Positions 1 to 9,678 of a stretch of DNA of 64,000 nt are shown here, piece after piece. This stretch comes from Flavobacteriales bacterium (GTDB lineage Bacteria > Bacteroidota > Bacteroidia > Flavobacteriales > BACL11), in the NCBI GenBank assembly GCA_018647945.1, contig JABGSE010000005.1, forward strand, positions 1,491-65,490, read 5' to 3'. The translations under genes were made by a program, and so were the position numbers. Within the stretch, counting starts at the first letter, position 1. Every line of letters begins with the position of its first letter. The notes beneath the pieces were generated by a model that worked only from the letters and a program-made list of their open reading frames with translations, was not told the origin of the DNA and did no database searches.

Positions 1-421
1 CTCTTTTCTGAATTTGTTCCACTAAAGTAGGAACAGAAGATCTTAAATAAATAAGTAAATCTGGACCTTCAACTAAAGAGTCCATTAACGAAAATAATTC
101 TTTGTAATTTTCAAAATCTCTAGTTGACATCAATCCCATTGAATGTAAGTTAGGAGCAAATATAAATGCATCTTCATAAATAGTTCTGTCCTGAATAAAC
201 TCTTTAGAACTTTTTTTTATATCAATAATCTGGCGAAACCTACTATTCAAAAAATAAACTTGCAAATTAAAACTCCATCTTTGCATTTCTTTGTAAAAGT
301 CATTTAAGTATGGATTATTTTCCACATCCTCATAATGAGCTTCCCACTTAAAATGTTTTGCTAATTTTGTTGTAAGTGTTGTTTTTCCCGAACCAATGTT
401 CCCTGCTATCGCTACATGCAT
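1..421 (-). CDS. deoxynucleoside kinase (partial; C-terminus lies beyond the window start)
   Basis: Reverse-strand ORF with ATG at 421-419, absent from the ORF track because it is truncated. My translation is MHVAIAGNIGSGKTTLTTKLAKHFKWEAHYEDVENNPYLN..., which has the P-loop and N-terminal layout typical of dNK/dCK/dGK-family kinases. Confidence 0.8.
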   Translation of the reverse strand, partial: MHVAIAGNIGSGKTTLTTKLAKHFKWEAHYEDVENNPYLNDFYKEMQRWSFNLQVYFLNSRFRQIIDIKKSSKEFIQDRTIYEDAFIFAPNLHSMGLMSTRDFENYKELFSLMDSLVEGPDLLIYLRSSVPTLVEQIQKR

Positions 422-514
422 ATTTTTCAAAATTTTCGATAAAAATAAAAAAAGATTATTGTTTTTCTGAGAATAAACATATCAGTTTTATAAAAAGTTA
501 ATAAGTAATCTGTT

Positions 515-2029
515 TTATCTGTTTAATTCCAAAATTTGAAAGAATATTTTATTGTCGTTAAACAAACGCGGAACCTTGTACTGACCTCCTAATCTATCAT
601 TATTTTTCAACCATTTATAAAAAACTCCCTCTTTTGCAGGAATAATCTTTAAATTTTTTAGAATAAAATCATTATTTCTTTTCGCATCATAATCTGAATT
701 TAATTTTCTAATTTCAGAATCCAAATCCAATTCAAATTTCTGCAAACTAAGTGGAGGAGTATTAAATTCAATCAACCATTGATGTCTTCCACTACTATCG
801 GTAAGAAATTCTGGAGCTGCCGAATAGTTTTTAATGCTACAAAAATTCAATTCTGAACATTTATTAATGGCATCTTCAGTATTTTCCACCATCAATTCCT
901 CACCAAAAGTATTAATATAACTTTTTGTTCTTCCTACAATTCTAATTCTATAAGGGGAAATTGACGAAAAACGAATCGTGTCTCCGATCAAATATCTCCA
1001 TAAACCTGCATTGGTACTTATCACAATTACATATATATTTTTAACTTTAACTTCACTTAAAGGAATGCAATCTCTGTTTCCTTCATTGAATTTGCGTATC
1101 TCAATAAACTCATAGAAAATTCCATAGTCAAGCATTAAAAGTAAATCATTAGAATCTTTTTGATCCTTGATCCCAAAGAATCCCTCTGAAGCATTGTAAG
1201 CTTCCAAATAATTCATTTTACTAGAAGGAATTAGTTTTTTAAATTGATGTTTATATGGGTTAAAATTTATGCCTCCATGCATATATAACTCTAAATTTGG
1301 CCATACTTCCATAATGTTTTTTGCTCCTGTTTTTTTCAATACTCTATTAATTAACAAAAGCATCCATGAAGGAACTCCAGTCAAATTGGTAACATTTTCG
1401 TTTATACTTTGTTCTACTATTTTTTCTAATTTCAGTTCCCAATCTTTCAAAAGAGCTATTTCTAAATTGGGAGTTCGGTGAATGTTTACCCAAAAAGGAA
1501 AATTATTTATCAGAATAGCCGACAAATCGCCCTCTTCATAATTTTGAAATGGATTCTCCCACTGACTTCCACCTAACATTAAACCTTTTCCATTAAATAT
1601 TTTTGTTTCCGGAAAATTAGTACAGTATAAAGAAAGCATGTCTTTTCCTCCTTTAAAATGGCAATCCTCTAAAGATTCTTTTGAAATTGGGATGTATTTA
1701 CTTCTATCATTTGTTGTTCCGGAAGATTTGGCAAACCACTTTACTTTTCCGGGCCACAACACATCTTTTTCTCCTTCTCTCAATCTATTTATATAAGGAA
1801 ATAATTCTTCATAAGTCCGTACGGGTACTTGATTACAAAAATCAGAATAAGAAGAAATAGTTGCAAAAGAATGTTCCTCTCCAAAAGAAGTATATTTTCC
1901 TTTCTCTACTAAATTTCCGAAAACATCTTCTTGCGTTTTAATAGGATATTTACGAAACAAATCAATCTGATGAATTCGTTTTTTCATCATCCAAGAAAGA
2001 ATTGAATTTTTAAAAGGAATGTTTGTCAA
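515..2029 (-). CDS. GH3 (auxin-responsive promoter) family acyl-acid amido synthetase-like protein
   Basis: 504-aa ORF. Its length and sequence (..FRKYPIKTQEDVFGNLV.., ..FAKSSGTTNDRSKYIP..) match the bacterial GH3 adenylating-enzyme family that is common in Bacteroidota. Confidence 0.8.
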   Translation of the reverse strand: MTNIPFKNSILSWMMKKRIHQIDLFRKYPIKTQEDVFGNLVEKGKYTSFGEEHSFATISSYSDFCNQVPVRTYEELFPYINRLREGEKDVLWPGKVKWFAKSSGTTNDRSKYIPISKESLEDCHFKGGKDMLSLYCTNFPETKIFNGKGLMLGGSQWENPFQNYEEGDLSAILINNFPFWVNIHRTPNLEIALLKDWELKLEKIVEQSINENVTNLTGVPSWMLLLINRVLKKTGAKNIMEVWPNLELYMHGGINFNPYKHQFKKLIPSSKMNYLEAYNASEGFFGIKDQKDSNDLLLMLDYGIFYEFIEIRKFNEGNRDCIPLSEVKVKNIYVIVISTNAGLWRYLIGDTIRFSSISPYRIRIVGRTKSYINTFGEELMVENTEDAINKCSELNFCSIKNYSAAPEFLTDSSGRHQWLIEFNTPPLSLQKFELDLDSEIRKLNSDYDAKRNNDFILKNLKIIPAKEGVFYKWLKNNDRLGGQYKVPRLFNDNKIFFQILELNR

Positions 2030-2068
2030 TATTTCATATTTTTAGAGCTCATAAAAATACAAAAAAAT

Positions 2069-2890
2069 ATGAGGAGAGATACTCTAAAAAAAATGGATAC
2101 AGAATTGAAAGATGTAGTACACTACACTCTTGATATTCATGGTGAAACTCATAAAATGAACGATTATATTGGGAAGCAAATAAAAATAGAGTGGAGTGGT
2201 GTAGTTATTTGTAGTTGCGGGAAAAAAATGGAAAAATTCTATCGTTCCGGATTTTGCTACCCATGTTATTGGGACTCCCCAATGGCCTCTCAAAGTATTT
2301 TTAAACCCGAACTTTGTACGGCACATTTAGGAATTGAAGAAAGAGATTTGGAGTGGGAAATAGAATTTCAGTTAGCTCCACATTATGTTTATTTGGCAAA
2401 TTCTAGCGGAATAAAAGTAGGAATAACAAGGGGAAGCCAAGGAGTAATAAGGTGGATGGACCAAGGAGCAAGTCAAGCAATATTACTTGCAGAAGTTCCA
2501 AACAGAAGATTTTCTGGAGATATTGAAGTTTCCTTAAAACAATTTGTAGACGATAAAACTAATTGGAGAAAGATGCTTTCCGGAACACCAGAATCTGTAG
2601 ATTTAGTACAATTAAAAGAAGAGCTTTCCCAACATGTACCAGAAGAATTGAAACAATATATTTTACCAAATAATACAGTAACCGATATAAAGTATCCTGT
2701 AACAAAATACCCTGCAAAAATAAATAGCACAAAACTTGATAAAACTCCAATAATAAAAGGAGAACTTTTAGGAATAAAGGCTCAGTATTTATTATTAGAT
2801 GGAGATAGAGTGTTTAACATCCGTTCTCATGAAGGATATATTGCTAATTTTTCCGTTCCCAAGATAGCAAATCAAACTTCTCTATTCTAA
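2069..2890 (+). CDS. DUF2797-like protein with a Cys-cluster (putative zinc ribbon)
   Basis: 273-aa ORF divergent from the GH3 gene across a 39-bp gap. It carries a CSCG..x12..CYPCY cysteine cluster and the ..YLANSSGIKVGITR.. motif I associate with DUF2797. Confidence 0.7.
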   Translation: MRRDTLKKMDTELKDVVHYTLDIHGETHKMNDYIGKQIKIEWSGVVICSCGKKMEKFYRSGFCYPCYWDSPMASQSIFKPELCTAHLGIEERDLEWEIEFQLAPHYVYLANSSGIKVGITRGSQGVIRWMDQGASQAILLAEVPNRRFSGDIEVSLKQFVDDKTNWRKMLSGTPESVDLVQLKEELSQHVPEELKQYILPNNTVTDIKYPVTKYPAKINSTKLDKTPIIKGELLGIKAQYLLLDGDRVFNIRSHEGYIANFSVPKIANQTSLF

Positions 2891-4617
2891 TGTACTTCCA
2901 TAATGAAGGGAATACGTGCCTGGATTTTATCTTTTGAATTTAGAAACTCTAACTGATTCATTGTTTTTTCTGAAATACCCAGAAACTCAGGTAATACAAT
3001 ATTTTGTTTTGCAGAAAAACTTTTAATAAATTCCTCTAACATGTCTGTTTTCTTTGGAAGTGTAATAATTCTGTAATCCTCTAATTCTGCTAACTCAGCA
3101 GCGCTTACAATTGCAGCTTCCAATCCTCCTAGTTCATCAATAAGTCCGATAGAAAGAGCGTCTACTCCACTCCAAATTCTACCCTGTCCTATTTCATCAA
3201 CTTGTTGCTTTGTAATTCCTCTCCCTTCCGAAACATGAGTGATAAATGTTTCATAAATATCTTCTACTGAATTCTGAATGACACTAACCTCTTCATCACT
3301 TAATCTTCTGTATCCCATACCTATATCAGAATGTTTATGAGTATTTACCGTTTCAATATAAATACCTAATTTCTCATTCAAAAACTTTTTGTTATTCGGA
3401 ACTATTCCAAATACACCAATAGATCCTGTAAGAGTACTATTATTTGCAAAAATCTTATCGGCATTACAAGCAATATAATAACCTCCACTTGCTGCATAGT
3501 CACCCATAGAAACTACAATCTTTTTCTTCTGTTTTGCCAAGTTTATCTCCCTCCAAATGATTTCTGAAGCTAAAGCACTTCCTCCTGGGGAATTTACTCT
3601 TAAAACTATCGCTTTTACATTCTCGTCTTCAGATGCTTCTCTAATTGCTTCTACAGTAGTTTCGGAACCAATAGTATTATAACTTCCTTTCCCAGTATTA
3701 ATAGCTCCTGTTGCATAAATAATAGCGATTTTATTATTGCTAACAGAAGTTTTAGGGTTCTTGACTTTCATATAATCTGTTAGAGTGATTTCATTGTCCG
3801 ATAAATCTTCTAATACTGACAAAAATTCATCTTCATAAAAAATCTCATCAATAATTTTTCTATCTAAGCATTTTATTGATGAACTCAAATCCATATTATT
3901 TATCATTATATGAATTTCTTCAGAAGAAATTCCTTCTCTTGCAGTTGCAATACCACCAATCATATAATCAGAAAGAGAATTTACGAATTTCTCCAATTGT
4001 TCTCTATTTTCATTACTCATTTGATTGTACATAAATGGTTCTACAGCTCCTTTAAATTTTCCATGTCGGATAATTTGAGCTTCAATACCTAGTTTGTCCA
4101 TCAAACCTTTATAAAACATAACTCCAATACTCAATCCATTTAACTCAATGATTCCCTCAGGGTTTAATGCTATTTTGTCTGAAACAGATGCTAAATAATA
4201 AGCAGCCTGATTATAACTATCTGCATAAGAATAAATAAATTTTCCATTTTCTTTAAACTCTAATAACTTATTTCTGATTTCTTCAATCTGAGAAAAACCA
4301 GCATTCACTGATGAAAAATTCAGATAGATTCCTTTTATCTTATCATCATTTTTTGCTTTTTCAATATTATCTAAAATATCTTTAAACTCTACACTTTCTT
4401 CCTGTGAAAAATCCATAATATTTATAGCATCAAATGGATTCCCTGAAGTTCGATCTAAAATCTGATCGTTAAATTCAATCTTCAAAACTGAATTATCTTT
4501 TACAATAATTACCTGTTCTGCTTTCGGAATAAGTATTGCGACTAATATTAAAAATAAAACTACTAACAGAATTAAAGAAAGTAGTCTGGAAAATGTGCTT
4601 TTTAGGAAGTTTTTCAT
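2887..4617 (-). CDS. sppA: signal peptide peptidase SppA, 67K type
   Basis: 576 aa with an N-terminal TM anchor and two ClpP/crotonase-like halves. The second half has ..VLRVNSPGGSALASE.. and ..VSMGDYAASGGYYIA.., typical of SppA. Confidence 0.9.
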   Translation of the reverse strand: MKNFLKSTFSRLLSLILLVVLFLILVAILIPKAEQVIIVKDNSVLKIEFNDQILDRTSGNPFDAINIMDFSQEESVEFKDILDNIEKAKNDDKIKGIYLNFSSVNAGFSQIEEIRNKLLEFKENGKFIYSYADSYNQAAYYLASVSDKIALNPEGIIELNGLSIGVMFYKGLMDKLGIEAQIIRHGKFKGAVEPFMYNQMSNENREQLEKFVNSLSDYMIGGIATAREGISSEEIHIMINNMDLSSSIKCLDRKIIDEIFYEDEFLSVLEDLSDNEITLTDYMKVKNPKTSVSNNKIAIIYATGAINTGKGSYNTIGSETTVEAIREASEDENVKAIVLRVNSPGGSALASEIIWREINLAKQKKKIVVSMGDYAASGGYYIACNADKIFANNSTLTGSIGVFGIVPNNKKFLNEKLGIYIETVNTHKHSDIGMGYRRLSDEEVSVIQNSVEDIYETFITHVSEGRGITKQQVDEIGQGRIWSGVDALSIGLIDELGGLEAAIVSAAELAELEDYRIITLPKKTDMLEEFIKSFSAKQNIVLPEFLGISEKTMNQLEFLNSKDKIQARIPFIMEVH

Positions 4618-4696
4618 AATTAAAATTTAAGAGCATAAAATTACAAAAAATAATCCTATCATTTGTTTGCAATTCCTATATTTGAATTTAATTTTT

Positions 4697-5182
4697 ATGA
4701 ATATAATTTACATACAATTAGGGAGTAATATGGGAAATAGAAAATCCTATATTGAAAAAAGTATGCAACAAATTGAACAAGAAATTGGAAATATTATTTG
4801 CAGTTCTAAAATATACGAAAGTAGCCCCTGGGGAGTGAGTATTCAGAATCATTTTTTGAATAGTGTAATAAAGATAGAGAGCGAACTTTCCTCCTCCATT
4901 TTATTAAAAAAATTACAAGAAATAGAAAACAATTTAGGAAGAGCGAGGAAAGAAAAGTGGGGAGAAAGAAGTATCGATTTGGATATTTTATTTTACAATT
5001 CAGAAATAATAAATACAGAAAATTTAAAAGTTCCACACCCTTACATTCAGGATCGTAAATTTGTTTTAGTTCCACTTTCTGAAATTGATACAGATTATAA
5101 TCATCCTGTTTTACATAAAAATATTTCCTCACTATTAAAAGAATGTACTGATACTGAAATAGTTTATGAATATGCAATTTAA
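4697..5182 (+). CDS. folK: 2-amino-4-hydroxy-6-hydroxymethyldihydropteridine diphosphokinase
   Basis: HPPK motifs are present: IYIQLGSNMGNR, ..YESSPWG.., ..GERSIDLDILFY.., ..LKVPHPYIQDRKFVLVPL... I placed the start at the internal ATG (MNIIYIQLGSN) rather than the ORF-track start at 4667. Confidence 0.9.
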   Translation: MNIIYIQLGSNMGNRKSYIEKSMQQIEQEIGNIICSSKIYESSPWGVSIQNHFLNSVIKIESELSSSILLKKLQEIENNLGRARKEKWGERSIDLDILFYNSEIINTENLKVPHPYIQDRKFVLVPLSEIDTDYNHPVLHKNISSLLKECTDTEIVYEYAI

Positions 5183-5810
5183 TTTTATAGTAATAGAAGG
5201 AAATATTGGAAGTGGGAAAACCAGCCTCTCCAAAAAAATTGCAGCAGATTTGAATGGAAAATTAATTTTAGAAGAATTTGCCGACAATCCATTTTTACCA
5301 AAATTTTACAAAGATGCAGAACAAAATGCCTTTCCGTTAGAATTGTTTTTTATGGCGGAAAGATTTCAGCAATTGAGCAGCGAAAGTATGAAAAGTGATT
5401 TGTTTTCAGAATTTAGTATTGCAGATTATTCTTTTTTCAAATCGAAATTATTTTCACAAAACAACCTAAAGGAAGATGAATTAAATCTGTTTAACAGACT
5501 TTACTCTATCATGTTCACTTCCATAAAAAACCCAAATTTATTAATTTATCTTCATTCAGAAGTAAGCCGATTGCAAGAAAATATAAAAAAGAGAGGAAGA
5601 GATTACGAACAAAACATAAAAGATGAATACCTGAAAAATATTGAAAATAAATATTTTGATTATCTGAAAAAACAAACTGATTTTCAAGTATTAATGTTAG
5701 ATGTTTCGAAAGTAAATTTTATGAAAGATGAAAAGATTTACAATCAAATTATGAACGAAATAGAAAATTTTGAAAAAGATGTAAGAATAAAAAATCTTGT
5801 ATTAGGATAA
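5166..5810 (+). CDS. deoxynucleoside kinase (second paralog in the window)
   Basis: 214 aa with FIVIEGNIGSGKTSL P-loop, ..EEFADNPFLPKFY.. and ..ELFFMAERFQQ.. motifs of the dNK family. It overlaps the folK stop by 17 nt. Confidence 0.85.
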   Translation: MNMQFNFIVIEGNIGSGKTSLSKKIAADLNGKLILEEFADNPFLPKFYKDAEQNAFPLELFFMAERFQQLSSESMKSDLFSEFSIADYSFFKSKLFSQNNLKEDELNLFNRLYSIMFTSIKNPNLLIYLHSEVSRLQENIKKRGRDYEQNIKDEYLKNIENKYFDYLKKQTDFQVLMLDVSKVNFMKDEKIYNQIMNEIENFEKDVRIKNLVLG

Positions 5811-6701
5811 CCAACTACTCAAATCTTTATCAATTAATTTTTCTAAATTCTTAATTTCCTCATTGTAAAATCTACTAGTTAGTTCTCTTCTTAAATCAGA
5901 ATTTAGTTTTTCTGTTTTCGTATAAACCGATTTGAAAAGTAATTTTACCACAAAAGTTGGAAGATAGTCTGAAATTGCAAATTTTGGCATCAAATTATAA
6001 TACCTCATCTTTTTCAAAATATATCCCATCACCCCTTTTGGAGTTCCTGAAACATTTGACTTTTTGGATGTATCTACCTCAATATTTTCGTCTACATTCA
6101 AAAATTTAAAAATATCTTTCAGAGTTTCGTTCGGATTTTTCACTACATCTTCAAACAAATATACTTTTATATTTTCTTTTGGGAAAATATTATAATACCG
6201 TTTTAACTGAACCGAATAATATCCCTTTTCTATGTAATGATACAAAGGACTCCAATTATCTTCTATTCTTTGGTTTTCTATTTCAATAGCCTGTTCAAAG
6301 GAATTTAGATTTTCTCTATCGGCTCTTTTGGTATGCAAATAATTAGAATATGCTCTTTCTACAGGTTGTCGTAAAATGGCAATAATTTTCACATCCGGAA
6401 GATGCTCTTTTATCAACTGAGGAGCGTTTTCATTATAGATATAAGCAGGAGAAGCTTCCCCAATTGCAGATTCGTTTTCAACATCTGAAAATAAAGAAAA
6501 ATACTCCTCTAAAGTTGTGATTTTATTTCCTTTTCTGCCAAGTAATTTATAATCTTTATTCTGATTAAAATTATTAAAGAACATAGGTTCTTTCACCTTA
6601 GTCATAAAAATATCAGGATGTTGCTTTAGGTAGGTATCTAAAGAAGTTGTTGCCGCTTTCATGGCACCAATTACAATAAAATTCACTTTCTTTTCTACCA
6701 T
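5802..6701 (-). CDS. sulfotransferase domain protein
   Basis: 299 aa with a 5'-PSB-like loop (IGAMKAATTSL) and a 3'-PB-like motif (ILRQPVERAYSNYLH), both characteristic of PAPS-dependent sulfotransferases. Confidence 0.8.
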   Translation of the reverse strand: MVEKKVNFIVIGAMKAATTSLDTYLKQHPDIFMTKVKEPMFFNNFNQNKDYKLLGRKGNKITTLEEYFSLFSDVENESAIGEASPAYIYNENAPQLIKEHLPDVKIIAILRQPVERAYSNYLHTKRADRENLNSFEQAIEIENQRIEDNWSPLYHYIEKGYYSVQLKRYYNIFPKENIKVYLFEDVVKNPNETLKDIFKFLNVDENIEVDTSKKSNVSGTPKGVMGYILKKMRYYNLMPKFAISDYLPTFVVKLLFKSVYTKTEKLNSDLRRELTSRFYNEEIKNLEKLIDKDLSSWLS

Positions 6702-6715
6702 TTATTTTTATACAA

Positions 6716-6741
6716 AAGAACCCCAAATAAATGGGGTTCTT
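6716..6741 (-). terminator. rho-independent terminator downstream of the 6763-8472 gene
   Basis: Perfect 9-bp stem aagaacccc/ggggttctt with an 8-nt loop. On the minus strand it is followed by a TTTTGT run. Confidence 0.6.
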
Positions 6742-6762
6742 AAAGTAATTTCAATTTAATTT

Positions 6763-8472
6763 TTATTTTGTAAGAGAAATAAATTTCTCATTATTTCTGT
6801 AGTTCACAAACTCTAAATCTTTCAGAGCCTCTACTTTATACACTTCAGAATTCTGAATTGCTTTTTCTAAATTTGTAAATAATATAGTTTCGTTTCCTAA
6901 TCTTGCTCCAGCAATTGCATTTAAGTAATAACAAGCATCCGTTTCTTCATTACAAGTAGAATTATTATTTCCGTTTAAGATAGATACAAGTGCAGCATTA
7001 TAAGAGTTACCTCTTAAAATCCCAGTAGCAGATCTGTAATTTCCTTGTCTGACATCTAAAATTGCTTGGTTAGTAGAGTTTGTATTTGCTTTATCAAACA
7101 ACTTTTGAGCTTTATTTAATTCTCCATTCCAAGAAGCAATAATTCCTAAATTAGTAAGAACTGAAGACTCATTAGCACCTCCATTTTCTTTTGCTTTATT
7201 TAAGTATATCATTGCATTGTCATCATCATTTTTTGAAAGATAAATACACGCAATATTATTATATGCTCTCCAATCGTTATGTAAGCTAACAACAGAATTT
7301 AAAATAGTTAGCTTATTAGAAGAATTTTCTTCTAAAGTTGCGGAATATAATAATTCTTCAACCGACAATTCAGAAAGGTTTGTAGTGGAAAATAAAACAA
7401 TTTCTTCTCTCGTCTTTTTTGGATGATAAGATTTAATTGTAATTTCTGCTTTTCTCAAAAATGGTAAAATATTTTTATCTACCGCATCATACACCTCAGC
7501 CATATCTCTAATTGATTGTTCTTTTTCTTCTGCAGTTTTATTAGATTTTACAATTTTATTAATGATTTTTTTGTCCTTAATGTTAGAACTTCCTACCAAT
7601 TTGTAAAAACCATTCCAATCCTCTCCAATAGATGAAATCTGATATAAATCAGTATTGTCGGATCCATTAACTTTTAATTTATTCAGTAAATACTTTGCGT
7701 ATTTTAAAGTGCTTTTATTTCTTTTTCCACTAATATCATCATTTACACTTACCGAACCTTCTGGAGAAGCGTACGAAACAATTTCAAACGATTTGGTTAC
7801 ATATCCATTTTTAACAAATTCTTGTAATCTTTTCACATCATCATCAGATTTTTCTGAAGTTCGGATTTTAGATTGGTTAACCAAAAAGTATATTGTTGCA
7901 TCTTCGGAAAGAATCGTTTCCATTTCATATCCATGATTTTCAATTGCAATAATTTCATCATTTGCTACTCTTTCGGAAGTTGTTATAACTCCATTTGCTA
8001 TGATAACAGGACCTAATACCTTATTATCAGAGTTGTTTGTAGTGGTTTCTTTTAAAGTTGCTGTAGCTCTTAATTCCAAAGTTGATACCATCATATCATC
8101 TGAATATTCTATTTTGTCAGAATAGGAAAATCCACCTCCGGTTTCATAAAATATTGTTGACTCTCCTCCTGAAGCTTCTTCACCTTGAATTGTAATAGAT
8201 TTAAATGATGTTTCTTTTCCTTTTTCATCAATTAATACTGGTGTAATTTCTACAGTAGCCATCTTATTGAAATACTTTTCTGGAAATGTAGCGTCTAACT
8301 CCAAATTCACATTTCCTCCGTGAACTTCTAATGTTTTTGGATCTATATTATATCTAACATTATCATACTGATTTACCATTTTGTTTAATCCGCAACTACT
8401 AAGGATTAAAGCAAGAATTACTAATTTTGCAATGCTCATAATTTTATTTGATTTTTTAATGTGATTTAACAT
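6763..8472 (-). CDS. lipoprotein with central ASPEG/OmpA-like motif and C-terminal TPR-like repeats (function unknown)
   Basis: 569 aa with a lipobox (LILSSCG). The central SYASPEGSVSVNDDISGKR resembles the Bacteroidota ASPEG variant of the OmpA-like NxxLSxxR motif. The C-terminal third looks TPR-like (..AYNNIACIYLSKNDDDNAMIYLNKAKE..). An alternative start lies at 8439. Confidence 0.55.
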   Translation of the reverse strand: MLNHIKKSNKIMSIAKLVILALILSSCGLNKMVNQYDNVRYNIDPKTLEVHGGNVNLELDATFPEKYFNKMATVEITPVLIDEKGKETSFKSITIQGEEASGGESTIFYETGGGFSYSDKIEYSDDMMVSTLELRATATLKETTTNNSDNKVLGPVIIANGVITTSERVANDEIIAIENHGYEMETILSEDATIYFLVNQSKIRTSEKSDDDVKRLQEFVKNGYVTKSFEIVSYASPEGSVSVNDDISGKRNKSTLKYAKYLLNKLKVNGSDNTDLYQISSIGEDWNGFYKLVGSSNIKDKKIINKIVKSNKTAEEKEQSIRDMAEVYDAVDKNILPFLRKAEITIKSYHPKKTREEIVLFSTTNLSELSVEELLYSATLEENSSNKLTILNSVVSLHNDWRAYNNIACIYLSKNDDDNAMIYLNKAKENGGANESSVLTNLGIIASWNGELNKAQKLFDKANTNSTNQAILDVRQGNYRSATGILRGNSYNAALVSILNGNNNSTCNEETDACYYLNAIAGARLGNETILFTNLEKAIQNSEVYKVEALKDLEFVNYRNNEKFISLTK

Positions 8473-8596
8473 GCTACAAATATATAATTTATCCTTAAAA
8501 ACAACATTATATCATCTCAGTTTATTGTTTAAGTTTTAATTAGTTTTATAAAACTAAAAATTTAAATAAATTTGTCAATCAAATTACAAAATAATA

Positions 8597-9124
8597 ATGC
8601 GAAAATTTATAATTTTCTTGGTATTTCTTTTCAGTATAACAACTGTTATTTCTCAGGAAACTTCAGATGTTGACATCCTTAATAATCATTTTCAGATTGA
8701 AATAAAAGAAGATCAAATGAATATTTAGGATACACAGTTTACGATCCATACAGCAACTATGAAGTAAGTGGAGATAAGTTCAACACTTCTTTTAAAGAAG
8801 ATGATTTACAGGAATTATTTACCTAGAACCATATAATGGTGGAATGGGACATATTGACTTATATAATAAAGGAGAAACTGGCTCTGGTTTTTACTTAACA
8901 GATACAGTTTGGTTACTGAATCTAACAATAAGTTAGGAAAAGAAAGATCAGAAGAAGTAATAAGATATCTTGTGGAAACTTTTGGAATTGAAAGAAGTAG
9001 ATGTGTAACTTTTAGTAATGGGGAAGCAAAACCAATTACAACTAACAACAATACCTCTAACGAATTTTCAAATAATTATTTGAGGGAAATAAACAGAAGA
9101 GTAGATTTTCAGATTATCTATTAA
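8597..9124 (+). pseudogene. decayed OmpA-family outer-membrane protein gene
   Basis: A signal-peptide ORF (MRKFIIFLVFLFSITTVISQ..) stops at TAG 8726-8728. The reading then continues in other frames with further stops near 8825 and 8930. Only the last about 70 codons (8909-9124) keep an OmpA-like C-terminus ([30 protein letters not shown]). Confidence 0.5.
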
Positions 9125-9641
9125 TCTTATTATATAAGTCCCAAAGTACCACCCCAACACTTACCGATATATTTAAGGAATGTTTGGTTCCTATTTGCGG
9201 AATTTCTATACAGTTATCACACAAATCTATCACAGATTGTTGCACACCGTTTACTTCATTACCAAATACTACTGCAATAGGTTTCTCTGGAGAGGGAAAA
9301 TTATTTAACATAACAGATGTTTCAGCTTGTTCAATAGCAGAAACCACATAACCTTCTTTTTTTAATTTCAGAATTATATCTTCTGTTTTTTCTGCTTTTT
9401 CCCATTCTACAGAATCTGTTGCACCAAGTGCCGATTTCCTAATTTCTTTATTGGGAGGAAAAGCTGTAATACCGCACAAATATATTTTTTCAATTCGAAA
9501 AGCATCTGAAGTCCGGAAGGCAGAACCAACATTTAGTGCCGACCTCACACTGTCCAAAACAACAACAATTGGAGTTTTATTTGCCGTTTTAAAGTTTTCA
9601 ACACTTATTCTTTCTAATTCGCTATTTTTTAACTTTCTCAT
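9114..9641 (-). CDS. TrmH/SpoU family RNA 2'-O-methyltransferase
   Basis: 175 aa with SpoU motifs ..[13 protein letters not shown].., ..[10 protein letters not shown].. and ..[21 protein letters not shown]... Confidence 0.85.
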   Translation of the reverse strand: MRKLKNSELERISVENFKTANKTPIVVVLDSVRSALNVGSAFRTSDAFRIEKIYLCGITAFPPNKEIRKSALGATDSVEWEKAEKTEDIILKLKKEGYVVSAIEQAETSVMLNNFPSPEKPIAVVFGNEVNGVQQSVIDLCDNCIEIPQIGTKHSLNISVSVGVVLWDLYNKINR

Positions 9642-9645
9642 ATGT

Positions 9646-9653
9646 TATATTTG
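9646..9653 (+). promoter_or_regulatory. Bacteroidota-type -7 promoter box (TATATTTG) for mutS
   Basis: Matches the TAnnTTTG consensus. It lies 26 nt upstream of the TTG at 9679. Confidence 0.4.
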
Positions 9654-9678
9654 TAATCGCAAAATTAACAGAATTAAA

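Noticed and set aside
9451-9678. N-terminal 76-codon extension of the mutS ORF in the six-frame track
   Set aside because: It runs antisense through the 5' part of trmH, has no MutS-like sequence, and contains the TAnnTTTG promoter box. The MutS homology begins at ..[14 protein letters not shown].., so the start is TTG 9679 or ATG 9721.
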